From Hypanus sabinus (Eukaryota): DNA of 64,000 nt. The position numbers and the translations under genes were made by a program. Location: positions 31,682,001 through 31,746,000 of the forward strand of contig NC_082726.1 of assembly GCF_030144855.1 (NCBI RefSeq), in the 5' to 3' direction. The notes under the pieces were generated by a model, which did not search any database, was not told the DNA's origin, and saw nothing but the letters and a program-made list of their open reading frames with translations. Shown here one piece after another: positions 1 through 13,155 of the stretch; positions within the stretch are counted from its first letter, which is position 1; the number at the start of each line of letters is the position of its first letter.

Positions 1-800
1 GGATCTGGGCAATGTCTCAACATCGGCGAAGAGCCCTGTGGCATCTCCCTCTACATCGTTCCTGCAGTCAGCACAATCGGCCGAATCTCTCTTGGATCCC
101 CCGCCCTGGCAGTATGACAACCCAAAGCCCGATGTTCAAATTTCCATCCAAGGAACTTCGGCATCTGGCAGCGAGGTGGAGGAGGAGGGGGCGCCCAAGC
201 TCAGTGACGTTGTGGTCGCCAAGACAGTAACTCCTCGCCCTTGCGTCGAGCTTGACTGTCTTTCCCTGCTCTCAGCCAAGAGCTGTACAAGTAGCTGTCA
301 CTCAGTCAACGCGAGCCAATACGAACGAGCCAGTCTCATCCCTGACACCAGATTCACTGCTCTTTACAGGCACAGAGGACAGACCACTGATTCCCCATCG
401 ACTGCACAACATCCCTCATCCCCTCTCTCCAGAAACCTCTTCTTCCTGAGTCCAAGGCCATTCAGACTTAAACAGCCCTTCTTCCACAGGTTTCGAAGCC
501 CTTTAGCGTATGTGGACTCAGCCAGCCAGACAGAGGCAGTCCACAGGGTAGGACGTCTGCTTGATAACCCAGTCATGCAGGGGCCTCTGTCCAACACCAA
601 GCCGTCGCATCCCATGCGCTCAACTTCCCTCCGCATCGTGGAAACACTGAGACACTTGGCTGCAAGCGGGCCATGCCGAGGGGTTGGCATTTGGCAGCCT
701 GATCTCTCAAAGGGATCTGCCGGTAGGAGCCGTGCGTGTCTGTATGTGCTCCATGGGGTCGACCCAAGCAACAGGCGGCAGAGTGAACTTGGATCTACCA
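1..800 (+). CDS. SORBS1: SORBS1 large alternative internal exon (5' end outside window)
   Basis: Frame open from position 2 (DLGNVSTSAKSP...SAQSAESLL...TRFTALYRH...RNLFFLSPRPFRLKQP...QSELGST). It matches my recollection of the long vertebrate SORBS1 exon (SARSAESLL, TRFTTIRKH, RNIYLMSPLPFRLKKP, QSELA). Donor A|GTAATT after 800 is phase 1, compatible with the next exon. Confidence 0.8.
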
Positions 801-1099
801 GTAATTCGCCAATACTTGGTCTGTTGCTCTTTCCCACTTTGTTTCTGCTCCAGCACCCTCCCCTCTAACCCACAACCCACAAGCCCCAGCCTGTGATCTT
901 TATTTCTGTCTTCGGTGACATGAATTTTCCTTAAAGTCTGTTCTTTCCCTCCCTGTCTGACGTTTCACCATAAGCTCCGGAACATTGGTAACTGGCTGAC
1001 TCGTATGTTGCTTACCCAGTGATTCCAGACAAATCTTGTCTCATGGTTGCAAAGAACGATGCTGGCATGGAAGCATTAGTAAGTCTGTCTGGAATTGAT

Positions 1100-1625
1100 A
1101 ATTTAAGAATCCCTTACTTCAGGTTAGACATACTGGCATTGGCGGTGGCACAGAGGAGCTTCATAGGGTTGATTCTGGTGATGAGGGGGTTAACCTGTGA
1201 GGAGAAATTGTGTCACCTGGGATTACACACACCAGAATTCTGAAAAGTGAGAGGGAATTCTATAGAAACATTTAAAATCATGAAAGGTTCGATAAGATAG
1301 AGGCAGAAAAACATCCAACACATGTATGCTGGTAAACGAGACTAGAATTAGGGGACATGACCTCAAGATTCAGGGAAATAGATTTAGATGGAGATTAAGA
1401 GAAACCGTTTTTCCCAGAGAGTGGTGAATCTGTGGAATTCTCTGCTCCGGATTCAGGTTACCTCAACAAATATATTTAAGATATATTTTAAATATATCTA
1501 TTTAAATATATTTAATATATCTATTAAATATATATTTTAAATATGTGAGATTTCTGGATAACAGAGTAATTAAGGATTATGGGGAAAAAGAGGTAGGTGG
1601 AGCTGAATCCACTGCCAGTTTAACC
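1100..1625 (+). mobile_element. CR1 LINE 3' fragment
   Basis: Degenerate CR1 ORF2 C-terminus and 3'UTR (CAGAGAGTGGTGAATCTGTGGAATTCTCTGC); boundaries approximate. Confidence 0.75.
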
Positions 1626-2345
1626 TGCGAACGTACATCTTTTGGATGTGCTTTTATGTTTTTATGCTTTTACCAGGAACTTTGCTGTCATCAAAGATGA
1701 TCCTCAGCTGAAATCATCAGCTGCACACAGTTGCATTGTACAGTCCCACACACGTATGTCGAGGCAATCATATCCTCACTCTTGTCACAGTGAGATATAG
1801 GTATCACTTCTCACTGGTCATACTGTCCATGCACATAGACACAGCTACAATGATGCACCCACTAAGACTATTCGGGTTTACCGCTTGGTAGCTTATTTGC
1901 CCGAATTCAGATATTGCTTAGTATTTGTTTTATGGTTAAAAACAGCCACATTGCAAAAAGGTTATCAGTTGAAGCCTGCCACTGTGCTACAGACTAGGAT
2001 TGGTGTTTAAATGCTTGTTCCAAGAGATAGCTTCACTAAATGATCATCTGAAGAGCAGAAGTGGTGCCAAAAGGTTTAGAGTGAGAATTCCAGGTGGTTG
2101 TACGTGGATCACCAAATCCATGCCAGTTGAAAGTGGGTGAAGGAAATTGTGAACCTCCAGAAGGCAGAAATAGATGACTCAGATCGAGTTCCAGGAATGC
2201 TAACATCACTTTGTCTTTTCAACCTGCTTACCACAAGATTAAGTTTACTACTGCACCTTGAAATTTTTCCTGTCTCTTACAATTAAGCTGGAATATCACT
2301 GGTGACGTGAGTAGATTAACTTTGCTTTGTGTTGTCTTTGAGTAG

Positions 2346-2431
2346 AATCAGACTCACTGAGACTGTCCACTCCAATCGAGCGCATGGAGACCCCTGAGGA
2401 AATCTGCCGTCGTCGTCATGAAGATAAGGAG
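2346..2431 (+). CDS. SORBS1: SORBS1 exon (SDSLRLSTPIERMETPEEICRRRHEDKE)
   Basis: Acceptor ...gtctttgagTAG, donor GAG|GTGGGT, phase 1 to 0. Similar to the mammalian peptide STEEFIRRRHDDKE. Confidence 0.9.
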
Positions 2432-4039
2432 GTGGGTCCCCAAACTGTCAACACTCTGGTGCAAGGGCCAAGAAATAATGAATGATAATTGTTCCTAGAA
2501 TCAATGTAATGCTTGCTCTTCTTAGTGAATTTGTAATGTGTTTGAATACGTTTGTTACTTTCAATTCAACTAATTTGTGAGTAGGCAGTTTCTCTTTTCA
2601 ACCTTATTGATTGCATTGCTTCTCGTCGTATTTAGACTTATTTAACAGCTTGCAATGGGCAGTGAGTTAGTTAGTTGGTTTCATGCTATGGCCCGTGCGA
2701 AGGTCCACTGTGTCATGTGACACTGATCTGGTCCTGTGCCTCTGTTCCGGAGCATGTGACATCCTGCTGCTGACCACGACAGCGTACTGGTTTGTGACAT
2801 CACTGCTTCATCAATGTGTCACTAGGTATAGAGCTGATCACACAGTCCATTTAATGCTGGTATCCCCTCACTCAACCGATTCAAGATCTTAGCTCAGAAG
2901 TGATTGGCTACATGATTGCATTGCATCCTTTAGAATTATGTTAATTAAACATAGTTAGTCTATAAATTACAGTGACCAATAAACACAGAACAGATAGTGA
3001 TACAAGCTCTAACTGTCATTCCAATAAAATCTGTTGACAGTACCACAGACCATATTGTTTAATCTCTATACTGTGGTAGCACTGTGAAAGAGTGTGGCCA
3101 CTCTGCATCTTTCCCTTTGGGCCATTCCCAGTCACCTTTGAAAGCAGCATATGTGGATAGGACAAGAGAGTTGCTGTTGCAAGCCAATGGGCTTTTTCCA
3201 GCTCTGGTGAAGGGACTTTGACTCGAAAGGTTCATTCTTTTTCCTTTCTCTGCAGATGCTGCCTGACCCGCTGACTTCTTCTAGCATTTTCTGTTTTTTT
3301 CACTTTATATTTCCAACATCTGTAGTGCTTTCCATTTATCATTTCTGGAAGTTTCTATCAAATCTGCTTCCGCCACAGTTTAGGGCGATGTACTCTGTAC
3401 CATCACAATTCATGGTGAAAAGGATTCTTCCCTTTTTGCCTCCATTTCCTTTTCCATTTGGTTAATGTTTGCTTCTCTTTCCTGGAAGTGTTGTTTCATG
3501 CTCCAAAACCCTTCAAAGCTCTGACAGGACCTCCAGTAGCATCTTCCTCCTATCACCTCAATTCCAGCCTGGAGCATCACAACAACATAAAAAAGTCTCT
3601 TTATTCCTTCATAAGTTTGGTCCTCTGATCTCTGCCCATCCAGCTTATGGAAGCTTCTCTTTATTGATGCTTAAATTTCAGCTATTAACTCTTAACTATT
3701 CCCATCTCATTTCATTGAAGAAACCTAACATCTCCATCTTCAGTATCACCGACTTTAATATTTGATCTTTAACAGGGGGCATTTTTAGTTAAAATGAATG
3801 TTATGCTTCTCAGTTGGATCTCTGTACAAATTCACTTGATGTACTTGACATTCAGTTAGACAAGAACTGACAGCCACAGTACAGTGTAGCATGCTCCTTG
3901 TCCTGTTTCTTTACATACAGAATCAAAGTGTGCCTTTCTTATATCATCGCTGTCTACTTAGGCAGGGAACTCACACTTTTCATCAGAAGCAAGACAAGAG
4001 AAAACAAATTTGTCTTGGTAGCTTCCCTAGGCAGGGGAG

Positions 4040-4510
4040 GCCAACAGGTAGAATGTTGTACTTAAAGAATTGTGTGGGATTCTGGTCACCCCATTAGAGG
4101 AAGGATGTGGAGGCTTTGCAAAGAGTACAGTAGAGGTTTACCGGGCTGCTGCCTGGATTAGAGTGTATGAGCTGTAAGGAGAGGTTAGACAATCACGTGT
4201 TGTTTTCCTTCGACTATGGTTGGCTGAGGGAAGACCTGATGGAAGTTTATAAGATTGTGAGAGGCAGTCAATCAGAATCTTTTCCCCAGGGTATAAATTT
4301 CAAGTACTAGAAAACATGCATTTCTGTTGAGGGGTGGAAAGCTTAAAGGAGATGTTCAGAGCAAGTTGGTTGACACAGAGATTGGTAGATGTCTGGAATG
4401 AGCTGCTGAGGCTGGTGGCAGTAATGGTAGTGGTGCTTAAAATCTGTCAGATACTTAAATATGCAGGGAATAGAAGGATATAGATCATGTACAGGCCGAA
4501 ATTGCTTATT
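4040..4510 (+). mobile_element. CR1 LINE 3' fragment
   Basis: TTCTGGTCACCCCATT..AGGAAGGATGTGGAGGCTTTG (FWSP...KDVEAL); boundaries approximate. Confidence 0.75.
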
Positions 4511-4807
4511 TCGGTGTCATGTTCAGCTCAGACATTTGTGTGCCAAAGGGACACAATGTGGTGGACCATTCCATGTTCTGTGGCAAGTTACCCAGCTTCT
4601 GAGTTTCATTTGACCACACTCTGTAGTTCCATCTATAGAGTATTGTTAAAAATGCATAGATACCTGAAAAGAGTACAAAGCAATTTTGCAAGGAGGAAAC
4701 CAAAACTAAGTGGTTATGAAAGCTGAGTGGGCACCTTGATCTTTAAGAATAACTTGATGGAGAACTTTAAAATTGTGGCAGTTTTCCCTAGAGTGCAAAG
4801 AGGGTAT

Positions 4808-5362
4808 TCAGAATCAGAATCAGGTTTATTATCACCAGCTTGTGATGTGAAATTTGTTAACTTAGCAGCAGTGGTTCAATGCAATACATAATTTAGCAGA
4901 GATAAAAAAAATAAAATAAAACATAATAATAAATTAATAAGTAAATCAATTACATATATTGAATATATTTTTTAAAAACATGCAAAAACAGAAATACTGT
5001 ATGTTAAAAAAAAATGGGGTAATGTCCAAAGCTTCAATGTCCATTTAGGAATCGAATGGCAGAGGAGAAGAAGCTGTTCCTGAATCACTGAGTGTGAGCC
5101 TTCAGGCTTCTGTACCTCCTACCTGATGGCAACAGTGAGAAAAGGGCATGCCCCGGGTGCTGGAGGTCCTTAATAATGGATACTGCCTTTCTGAGACACT
5201 GTTCCCTGAAGATGTCCTAGGTACTTTGCAGGCTAGTGCCCAAGATAGAGCTGACTAGATTTACAACCTTCTGAAGCTTCTTTCGGTCCTGTGCAGTAGC
5301 CTGTCCATACCAGACAGTGATGCAGCCTGTCAGAATGCTCTCCACGGTACAGGTATAGAAGT
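4808..5362 (-). mobile_element. Rex1/Babar-like LINE 3' end
   Basis: (CAGAAT)n tail and AAGAAGCTGTTCCTGAATC, shared with other copies in the window. Confidence 0.7.
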
Positions 5363-6928
5363 TTGCCTCTTGTGGGAAAGGATAGGTCTTCATATCACCA
5401 AGAAATCAAGGCATTCAGAAAACTTTGTTTCTGAGGATGTGATGGTTTGGTAGGGTGTGGCAGTGGATTTCAGGAAGTACTTTTCATCAGTTCTGGAAGA
5501 AGAGTTGAATAAAAAGTGGAAATAGTTGCAAAAGACATGGTTGTTTAATTCATTAATAGGTGAGTCTTTGCAAGAGAGGTTTTTTCACACAAAGTGGTTG
5601 ATATGTGGAATGTGTTGCCAAGGGAGACGGTGTAATTACTACATTTAAGAGCTGCAGTTGAAGAGGCAAATCAAAGGAGGACATGGTTATAATGCAGGCA
5701 AGTGGGATCTGTATAGACGTGCAGGAAGATTGGCATGTGTTGTAAGGGTCTCTGCCTTCATCTCTGTGCTCCTTTAGTCGTGACTTATGGAATACTCTAA
5801 TTTCAACCATTCTGCCTGTGGGTGCTGAGATTTCCGCACCTCAGCCCCAAGCTCCGGAATTCCCTTCCCAAAAACGTGCTGCTTATGCCTCCTCTGAACC
5901 CGGCAGTGCTGGCACAGATGCTGAGCATCTGTGCTGATTTGCGTCAGTTTTTGCCTGGAGTACTCCAGTACCTTCAGCTGTTTCATTTTACTCAAAGTCC
6001 TATGTGGAATGTTGATTGCTGATGCTGAATTTTAAGTTATAAAGAAGGAAACTTAGGAGGAGGTGTATCAAGAAACTACATTTCGGGATCCATCATCTGA
6101 GTAACTTCAGGCAGGATGTATAGCAGGCTAGGGATGAATAGGATACCTTGGGCTGGTCTTTGGTCTGTTACGGAGAGATTGTTGTTAGTCAGTCAAACCA
6201 TTTTCCATGCATCCTGTGACTACCAGGATGGGGGAAGGTGACTTTGGTCTTTCTCAAGCAGATTCTGTGAACTATGTAATTGCCACTTTTCCTGGTAAGA
6301 AAGTAGAATTAAAAGGAGTAGGCTTGTGTTATATTAGAATATTGTTCTTCACACTCACCTCACTGTACCAGAACTGCACGCTGTTGCCGTTAGCCATGTG
6401 TTAAATGTGCTGGAGTTGGCCATCTGGGGAACATATCAAACCAAAGCTCTCAACTTTTCATTTGGAGACTCTGTCACTGATGTTTAACTGGTTTCTTGCC
6501 TCTTGGGTCAAAAGCGGTGGCATACTTTAAGCTGGGGTGGCCTGTAGAGCCCTACCAAGCTCTGTTAGAGTGTCGTCCAATCTCTGCTCTGTTTCAATGT
6601 AACTCTTTTTCCCGCCAGATTATGCTCTTGTGAAAGAGGTCCATTAATTCTGTTTTTTCATTTACCTTCATACAAAGCCATTCTTGCCATGCTACATATT
6701 CCAGTCAAAAAAACTCAAGTGAACATTTTAACAGATTTATGGGTCTCATCTGAAAACCTCATGTTGCACATAGTTTATATTAAAGCCAGATTCACAATGC
6801 TTGTACTGTCACAGCATTTTAAATGTGTTTGAAGTTTTTTGACAAGAAAATTTGGCCTTTTTTTTTTGTCTTTCGAAGCGGCAGAAACAGATCTTGTTAT
6901 GATCCCATTTTGTGCAATTTTCTAACAG

Positions 6929-7096
6929 AGACTGTTAGAAGAGCAGAGGCGGCTTAAACGAGAACAAGAGGAAGCTGATATTGCAGCCAGGAGGCACACA
7001 GGGATCGCTCCTACACACCACCAGTTTATCACAAATGAGAGATTTGGGGATCTCCTTGACATAGACGAGGCAGCAAGAAGGAGATCAGGGTCAGAG
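6929..7096 (+). CDS. SORBS1: SORBS1 168-nt cassette exon (coiled-coil/basic; RLLEEQRRLKREQEEADIAARRHTG...RRRSGSE)
   Basis: Acceptor ttttctaacAG, donor GAG|GTCGGT, 56 codons, phase 0-0. Nearly identical to recalled mammalian KLLADQRRLKREQEEADIAARRHTGVIPTHHQFITNERFGDLL. Confidence 0.95.
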
Positions 7097-10000
7097 GTCG
7101 GTTTTACTTGCCTCAGTGCTCAACTTGACCCAAAGCAGTGCCTGCTACCTTCTCTATGCTGTGCTGTTCGCTGTCTGGCTTTCCGTGGCATTTCAGAACT
7201 AACACTGCAATAATAGCCTAATCATGATGGAGTGTGGGCTTATGCTTCATAGTTTGAGCACCCAGCATGATTAAACCTGCCTCATAGTTCACCCTTATGG
7301 CTGGATTTTGTTTGTGTGAATGTGTGTGGACCTCTTCTTCCGATCCATGTTTACACGGCCTTGTGTTTTCAGTTGAAAGTCTGCACCTGTGCTTGTGTGC
7401 CTTGCCAGTCCCACTACTTTGGGGCTTGTGCTTGGGAGTGTGGATTGAAGGAGAAGGTAATTTCACCAGGTTTTGCCAAGTCAAAGGAACCTGTATGGCT
7501 GGTTTGGGAAATGGTGCAATTAACAGCTACGCTCACTGTAATATCAGTCTGCTTTCTTGCCCTTTACAATATTTCCCATCTACTTTCTGAGCTTAGCCAA
7601 ACGACTGTTTTCTGGTTATTGTCATGAATGTCAAAACTTGGCTGGGGATTTGATTGGGTAAAGCACCATGGTCAAGCTGCAACCCATCCAATTACACTGT
7701 AGGGATGGGAGGGATAGGCACCAGACCACACTGCTCTTGCCTTCAGTGGTACCGAGACTGTTGTGAACAGCTAATGTCAATGGAATCAGGCTTGACACTG
7801 GATGGTAATGGAATCCCAAACTTTGGTCTGTGGGAGGCAGCATGGTGCCAACTGAGGTGTTTGCTGGTGAGGACAGTTTGGTTATTCGCAGCACATCCAA
7901 GGTGGGTCCTTCAGGAAAAGAGCTGGTTCAAAGATTGGCATCAGTGTCTTCCTTTCCTCCAGGCCACTGCCCCTTCCATCTTGCTCCCAGAGTGACAGGT
8001 AACTTCCTAGAAGGGCTAGGGATGATGGGCGCGTGTCAGGGTCCGTCACTCTTTGCTGTCATTAATACCACATGATATTGCTGCTAAAACACTCCAGTGC
8101 AGATTCCTTGCTTCCGTTCTGTGACCTAAACACAAGCTGAACTAAACTTGTGCTTTGATCTCCACTTCTGAAATTGGATATTGATAATTTTATTGCACAC
8201 AACAGAGGAGGAATCACTGCTCGGAATTGTTTACAACTGAACAAGTATTAACATAAAATCCACTCACTTGTGACAATTATTATATATTAAATATTTGCTT
8301 TTATTGTCTTTGAAGCTGCTGCTTTGTGTCAATTTATATTATCTCCTGATGTTTTCCACTTGTTAATGCAAAATTAATACCAAGGATCTGAAAAATGACA
8401 CGTGCCTGGCCTATAAATATGGTGCACAATTGTATGATCAGGACAATGACACAAAGCACTTGAGGGTTTTCATTTTTGATATTACCGACATTTCACCATG
8501 AGATTGGTTGATTCAGATGTCCCCCTGTACTTCAGAATTTCATAATCGTGGGGTTTGATTCTCCTTTTCCTTCATCCTGCAGCATGTTACCTTCCAACCA
8601 AAGGACTGGGAGGGGTACTGCTAAGATTTACTCCCACTGTATAACTATTCTGCACTGAGTCGTGCTGGTAGGACAGGTCCCAGCTGACGTTTATGGTGCC
8701 CTGCTGGACTGACACTTCGGTCCTAGCAAAGGGAGCAGTTGTTACTCGGCAGACAGGTGACAGACTTCGGGATTGTGGAGCGTTCCTGCACAAGACCATC
8801 CTCCGGTTTTACCCTTGAGTGAATGAGAGTGTTTTCACTTGAACATAAATGACTCTGTACTGGTGTAACTTAGAGTCATAGTCTTGTGATACTGTGCAAG
8901 AGTCTTAGGCACATGTATTTAGCTAGGATGCCTAAGCCTTTTGCACAATACTGGACAGCAGTACAATCTACCCATCAGCCCATCAAATCTACACCAAAGA
9001 TCAAGCACCCATCTCCACTAATCCCAATCTATTCTTCCCAGATTCATATCAACTCCCCACAGATTCTTCCATTTAACTACACACTATGGGGCATTAAAAG
9101 CACCTAATTAAGAGCATCTTTGGGATGTGGGAGGAAACCCAGCAGTTGCAGATAGAATGTGCTAACTCCATGTCCTGGATCAACACTTTGACGTCGTGTG
9201 GAGGACTCCCATCAGGTGATGCCAACACGGGGTCACCCATGTTGGAACAGCTGTGGATGAGATGCCAGACGAAGATCGAGCCAACCCTGGCTCCCAAATG
9301 GACAGGCTCGCGTCTGCACCTCCCAGGTCACATTTCAATGCAAAGTGTGAATGCCACATGAAACAACAATGTACCCAGGGTCACTACAGCGGTGGGGCAG
9401 CAGACCTGTTAGCTGCATTACTGTGGCACCCAAGCATGCAAACAGAGTGGCATTTACATGCATGAACGGTGTGTATGTGTGTTACAGAAACTAGGTTCTG
9501 GAAGTCCTCAGGAGGGCAGGCAACAATTGTAGAGAGAGAACCTGAGTTGTTAATTTAGGTGTGTAGTGTGCTTCACTTGTGGCATGCTATTCCACATGAG
9601 TTGTATGCATGTACGTGTACTTAAATGGACCAAAGCTCAGGAAGAACTTGAACTGGCCCCCAAAGAGCTCTTGGTGGAATGTGCTAATACCAGGTCTGTC
9701 TAAAACTACAGTGGGCCGGGACATTCCAATAGGAATTCAGTGATGAGCTGTTGTAGTCCATACAATCTACTAGAACCAATGTAATGTTTTTGCTCTGATT
9801 CTTATAACAGCTTCCTTTGCACATCAGGGTGTAAAGCAACTCTCCTCTTTGGAGTAAGCTTTTGATCCCAGCCACCTTCTTCCCCAATCCAATCCTGACT
9901 GAGCTCAATACCCATCTTCCATTTGTCCACCTGTAACAAGCCTTAAAATACCTTTGATCTATGGAATAGTTTGGAGGGTTTGGCATGGGTAACTGGCTAC

Positions 10001-10680
10001 TGAGTGGTTGTTTGCCAAAGCTAGAGAGCCCCAGACCAAGAGGCATACTCACAGCTACGAAGTTAGTTCTTTAGTTGTGGGGGAGAGAGGAATGTTCATA
10101 AATATGTGAACCTTTAGGCTTGTCTACCCAGCAAACGACGAAGTCCTGATCATGCTGAACCATCAAGGAGATCAAAGCCCAAGAGGTACGTGAACACACC
10201 AGGGAAGTGTGAGACAGTGGACGAGGCAGAACGATGGAGCTGGGGAAGATGATCAATCTCGATCTTATTAACTAATGGGCCAGCCATGATCTACTTTGTT
10301 TTTGTGGGATCTATCAACCCAATTTAAATGTGAAGCAAAAGGTCCATATCTCAAGGATACAGTTACCATGCACCTGCAGAAATGAATGGGTGAAGCTTTG
10401 GATTAAGTATTTCATTGTTGGCTTGCACTTGTGAAGATTATGATTAGCCTGCTTGCTTTGGCTGGGGGTGAGGGTGGGGGGGTGGTATCTCTTTGAGAAT
10501 GCAGCGAGTGTGTGGTTTTATCCTGTGAAATGATGCCAACTTTCCTATTCTTCCAACTGTTTGGAAATCCATTACACTAATCATGTCATTAACCATGTTG
10601 TTCAAAGGGTGGACAAGATTTAAAGATTTTCCAGTGCGTTGGTAGTGTAGTTAATCTATGCCATGTTCTCCCCTTTCCAG

Positions 10681-10727
10681 ATGCTGCCAGCCAGAGCCAA
10701 GTTTGACTTCAAGGCCCAGACTCTGAA
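10681..10727 (+). CDS. SORBS1: SORBS1 exon, start of SH3-1 (MLPARAKFDFKAQTLK)
   Basis: Acceptor ctcccctttccAG, donor AA|GTGAGT. Matches SORBS1 MRPARAKFDFKAQTLK. Confidence 0.95.
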
Positions 10728-11258
10728 GTGAGTTAAAAGATTTTACCTTTGCAACTGATGCAACGGTATTGCACAGATGCTGGAGGAACGTAGACCTTTC
10801 CATTGTTAGATACGTCAAGCGAGGGTACTTTACATATCACGTCTGTGTGCTTAACACCTTAGATAGAGTTTAAAATAGACTTAAAGATAGCAAACCAAAC
10901 CTCCTGAGCCCTACAGCCAGAGGCATCTCATGGAGAAAATGATCAACCTAAGCATGGTTTAGGTTATCTTCAATAAATGTCCCATACACTTCACAGGGCT
11001 TTGAGAGGGTAGAATAGAAAACCATATTTGTTACCATAATACTACTAATCACTTGATAGGCTGAGACCTTATAAAAAGATTGTGTTAATGTCATCATTCT
11101 CTGCTCTATGTTCATGAGGGAGCGTGCGACCATCCTGCATGTTGCACAATGTAGATTTGGCTATGAGCCGAAGAGTGCTGAGCCCATTGCTGATCTGTCT
11201 TCCATCAGAGTGGATGAGACATGGAGCCCAGGGTTGTTCCTCATCTCAGTTTCCTACC

Positions 11259-11356
11259 CTGAAGACACGCGCTCCCTCCTACACACCCCACTCCCCTCTC
11301 TCCCCAACTCTGAGGACACGTGCTCCCTCCTACACACCCCACTCCCCTCTCTCCCC
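11259..11356. repeat. Tandem duplication, 2 x ~51 bp
   Basis: CTGA(A/G)GACACG(C/T)GCTCCCTCCTACACACCCCACTCCCCTCTCTCCCC starts at 11259 and at 11310. Confidence 0.85.
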
Positions 11357-12834
11357 TCCTCCCCTTTTCTCGTAATTGCAGTTTGTTGACTTTTGTACAT
11401 TGGTTGTTTGTCCTTCCAATTGGGTGTGGCCTTTCATTGACTCTATAATATTTCCTGGACTTCCTTAGATTTACTGTCCACAACAAAATTAACAAGGATT
11501 GTATATGGTGAAATTATGTACTTTGATAATGAATTTAGTTTGAGCTTTGAACTTCTATCTAACTGTTCATGATTTTCTCTATCTTTCTCTTTACAATTAT
11601 CATTCTATCATCAGCAGCTTGGTCAATTGACATATAGCCTCTGACTTTAATCAGACCTCTCTCACATTCCATCCATTGCAACCATGTGCATCAGGTACAC
11701 AGTGCACACGGTTCTGACTGTTTTACATCAGATCCAGTAATGTTGTGGAAATTGTATTGCCTGGAGTTTACACTACCTTTTACTGTAACCTGCCCCCTGA
11801 GGCTTGGCACATTCTCCTATCAGATGGTTTGAAGCAGTGTCCACACATTCCTCACTCCTCTTTGGTTTGAGCTCAAAAATATGAAGTTGATTAACAACTT
11901 TACTCAAAAGCACTTGGCTCATTCAAGCTGTTTATTCATTTCAGTCAGTGTGAGTCTCCTCTGTCATTCCAACCCCATATTTCCCAATGATGTCGTCCCT
12001 TTTTTGCAGGCCAGTTATCCAGTGCGGGATCCCGTACCTCATTGCTCCTCATAAATTGGAATGGTAGCAAAGGTTTCCTGCATAAGTCTGAGCCACTCAC
12101 TGCAGGACTGGCTTTCTGCTCCCATTAGCTTCGCTCCTGAAGCAACTGGAGCTCATGGATTATGATGGGGCAAAGTTGGGATGACCTCTTTCCCATTTTC
12201 CATACAAGCCCCTTTGCTTTTGGGCTTATGAGGCTTACTGTTCTGCTGGGTGGTTAATCACCTGGTGGGCCACAGGGCACTGCAGTCACAACACAGCTCA
12301 GTGCACCTCAAAAATCAGCCTCTCCTCTACTCACTCTTCCTGCTGCCACGGGAAGGCGGCCAGCATAGTCGACCTGTCCCAGACCGGTGATACTCACTTC
12401 TACCCCCACCCATTTCCATTGGGTAGAAGGCAGAAAAGCATGAGAAACGGCACTAGCCTCAAGGACAGCTTCTATTCCAGGTTATAAGACCTTTTATAAG
12501 ATAAAGATGACTTTTGATCTATCTATCTACCTTGTCATGGCCCTCACAGTGCACTTTCTGAAATTGGAACACTGTATTCTGAATTGTTTTTTTTTCTTTG
12601 AGCACCACCTCAGTGTACTTGTGAATGGAATGATCTGTCGGGATGGCATATGAACAAAAGCATCTCATTCTGCTTCTGTACGTGTGCCAATAATAAACCA
12701 ATAGCCAACTCCCAATTATCACTCCGTTCTGCAGATACAGTATTTTCAAGCTGCTGCAATTTGTTGCTTTCAGGTCACTGTCGGGATGACTCTTTGGGCC
12801 TCCCTACACTAACCACGTGCTTGTTTGTCTGCAG

Positions 12835-12949
12835 AGAGCTGCCTTTCCAGAAGGGGGACATTGTCTACATCTACAGGCAAATCGATCAGAACTGGTATGA
12901 GGGGGAGCACCATGGTCGTGTGGGAATCTTCCCCAGGTCGTACATTGAG
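12835..12949 (+). CDS. SORBS1: SORBS1 exon, SH3-1 ([38 protein letters not shown])
   Basis: Branch-like CTAAC, acceptor tgtttgtctgcAG, donor GAG|GTAAGG. Canonical SH3 motifs (W, G.FP..Y). Confidence 0.97.
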
Positions 12950-13029
12950 GTAAGGAGGCTCGAGCTGGCATTTCTGACTGAAGCTGTCTGAGTTTCAGTT
13001 GACATTAATCTCTAATCTCCCCCTCACAG

Positions 13030-13155
13030 CTGCTTCCTCCGACGGAACGAGCTCAACCGAAAAAGGCCCCACCTCTTCAGGTGCTGGAATATGGGGAAGC
13101 TGTGGCCCGTTTCAATTTCACAGGCGACACACATGTGGAAATGTCTTTCAGGAAG
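13030..13155 (+). CDS. SORBS1: SORBS1 exon, SH3-1/SH3-2 linker and start of SH3-2 (LLPPTERAQPKK...EYGEAVARFNFTGDTHVEMSFRK)
   Basis: Acceptor ctcccccctcacAG-type tract ending 13029, donor AAG|GTAGGA, 42 codons. The preceding intron is only 80 nt. Confidence 0.95.

Noticed and set aside
801-868. ORF 38-868 as a stand-alone 276-aa gene
   Set aside because: The frame is open from the window start and SORBS1 similarity ends at the donor after 800; the remainder is intronic run-on.
1470-1545. AT-rich quasi-palindromic stretch
   Set aside because: Low-complexity slippage expansion inside a CR1 fragment.
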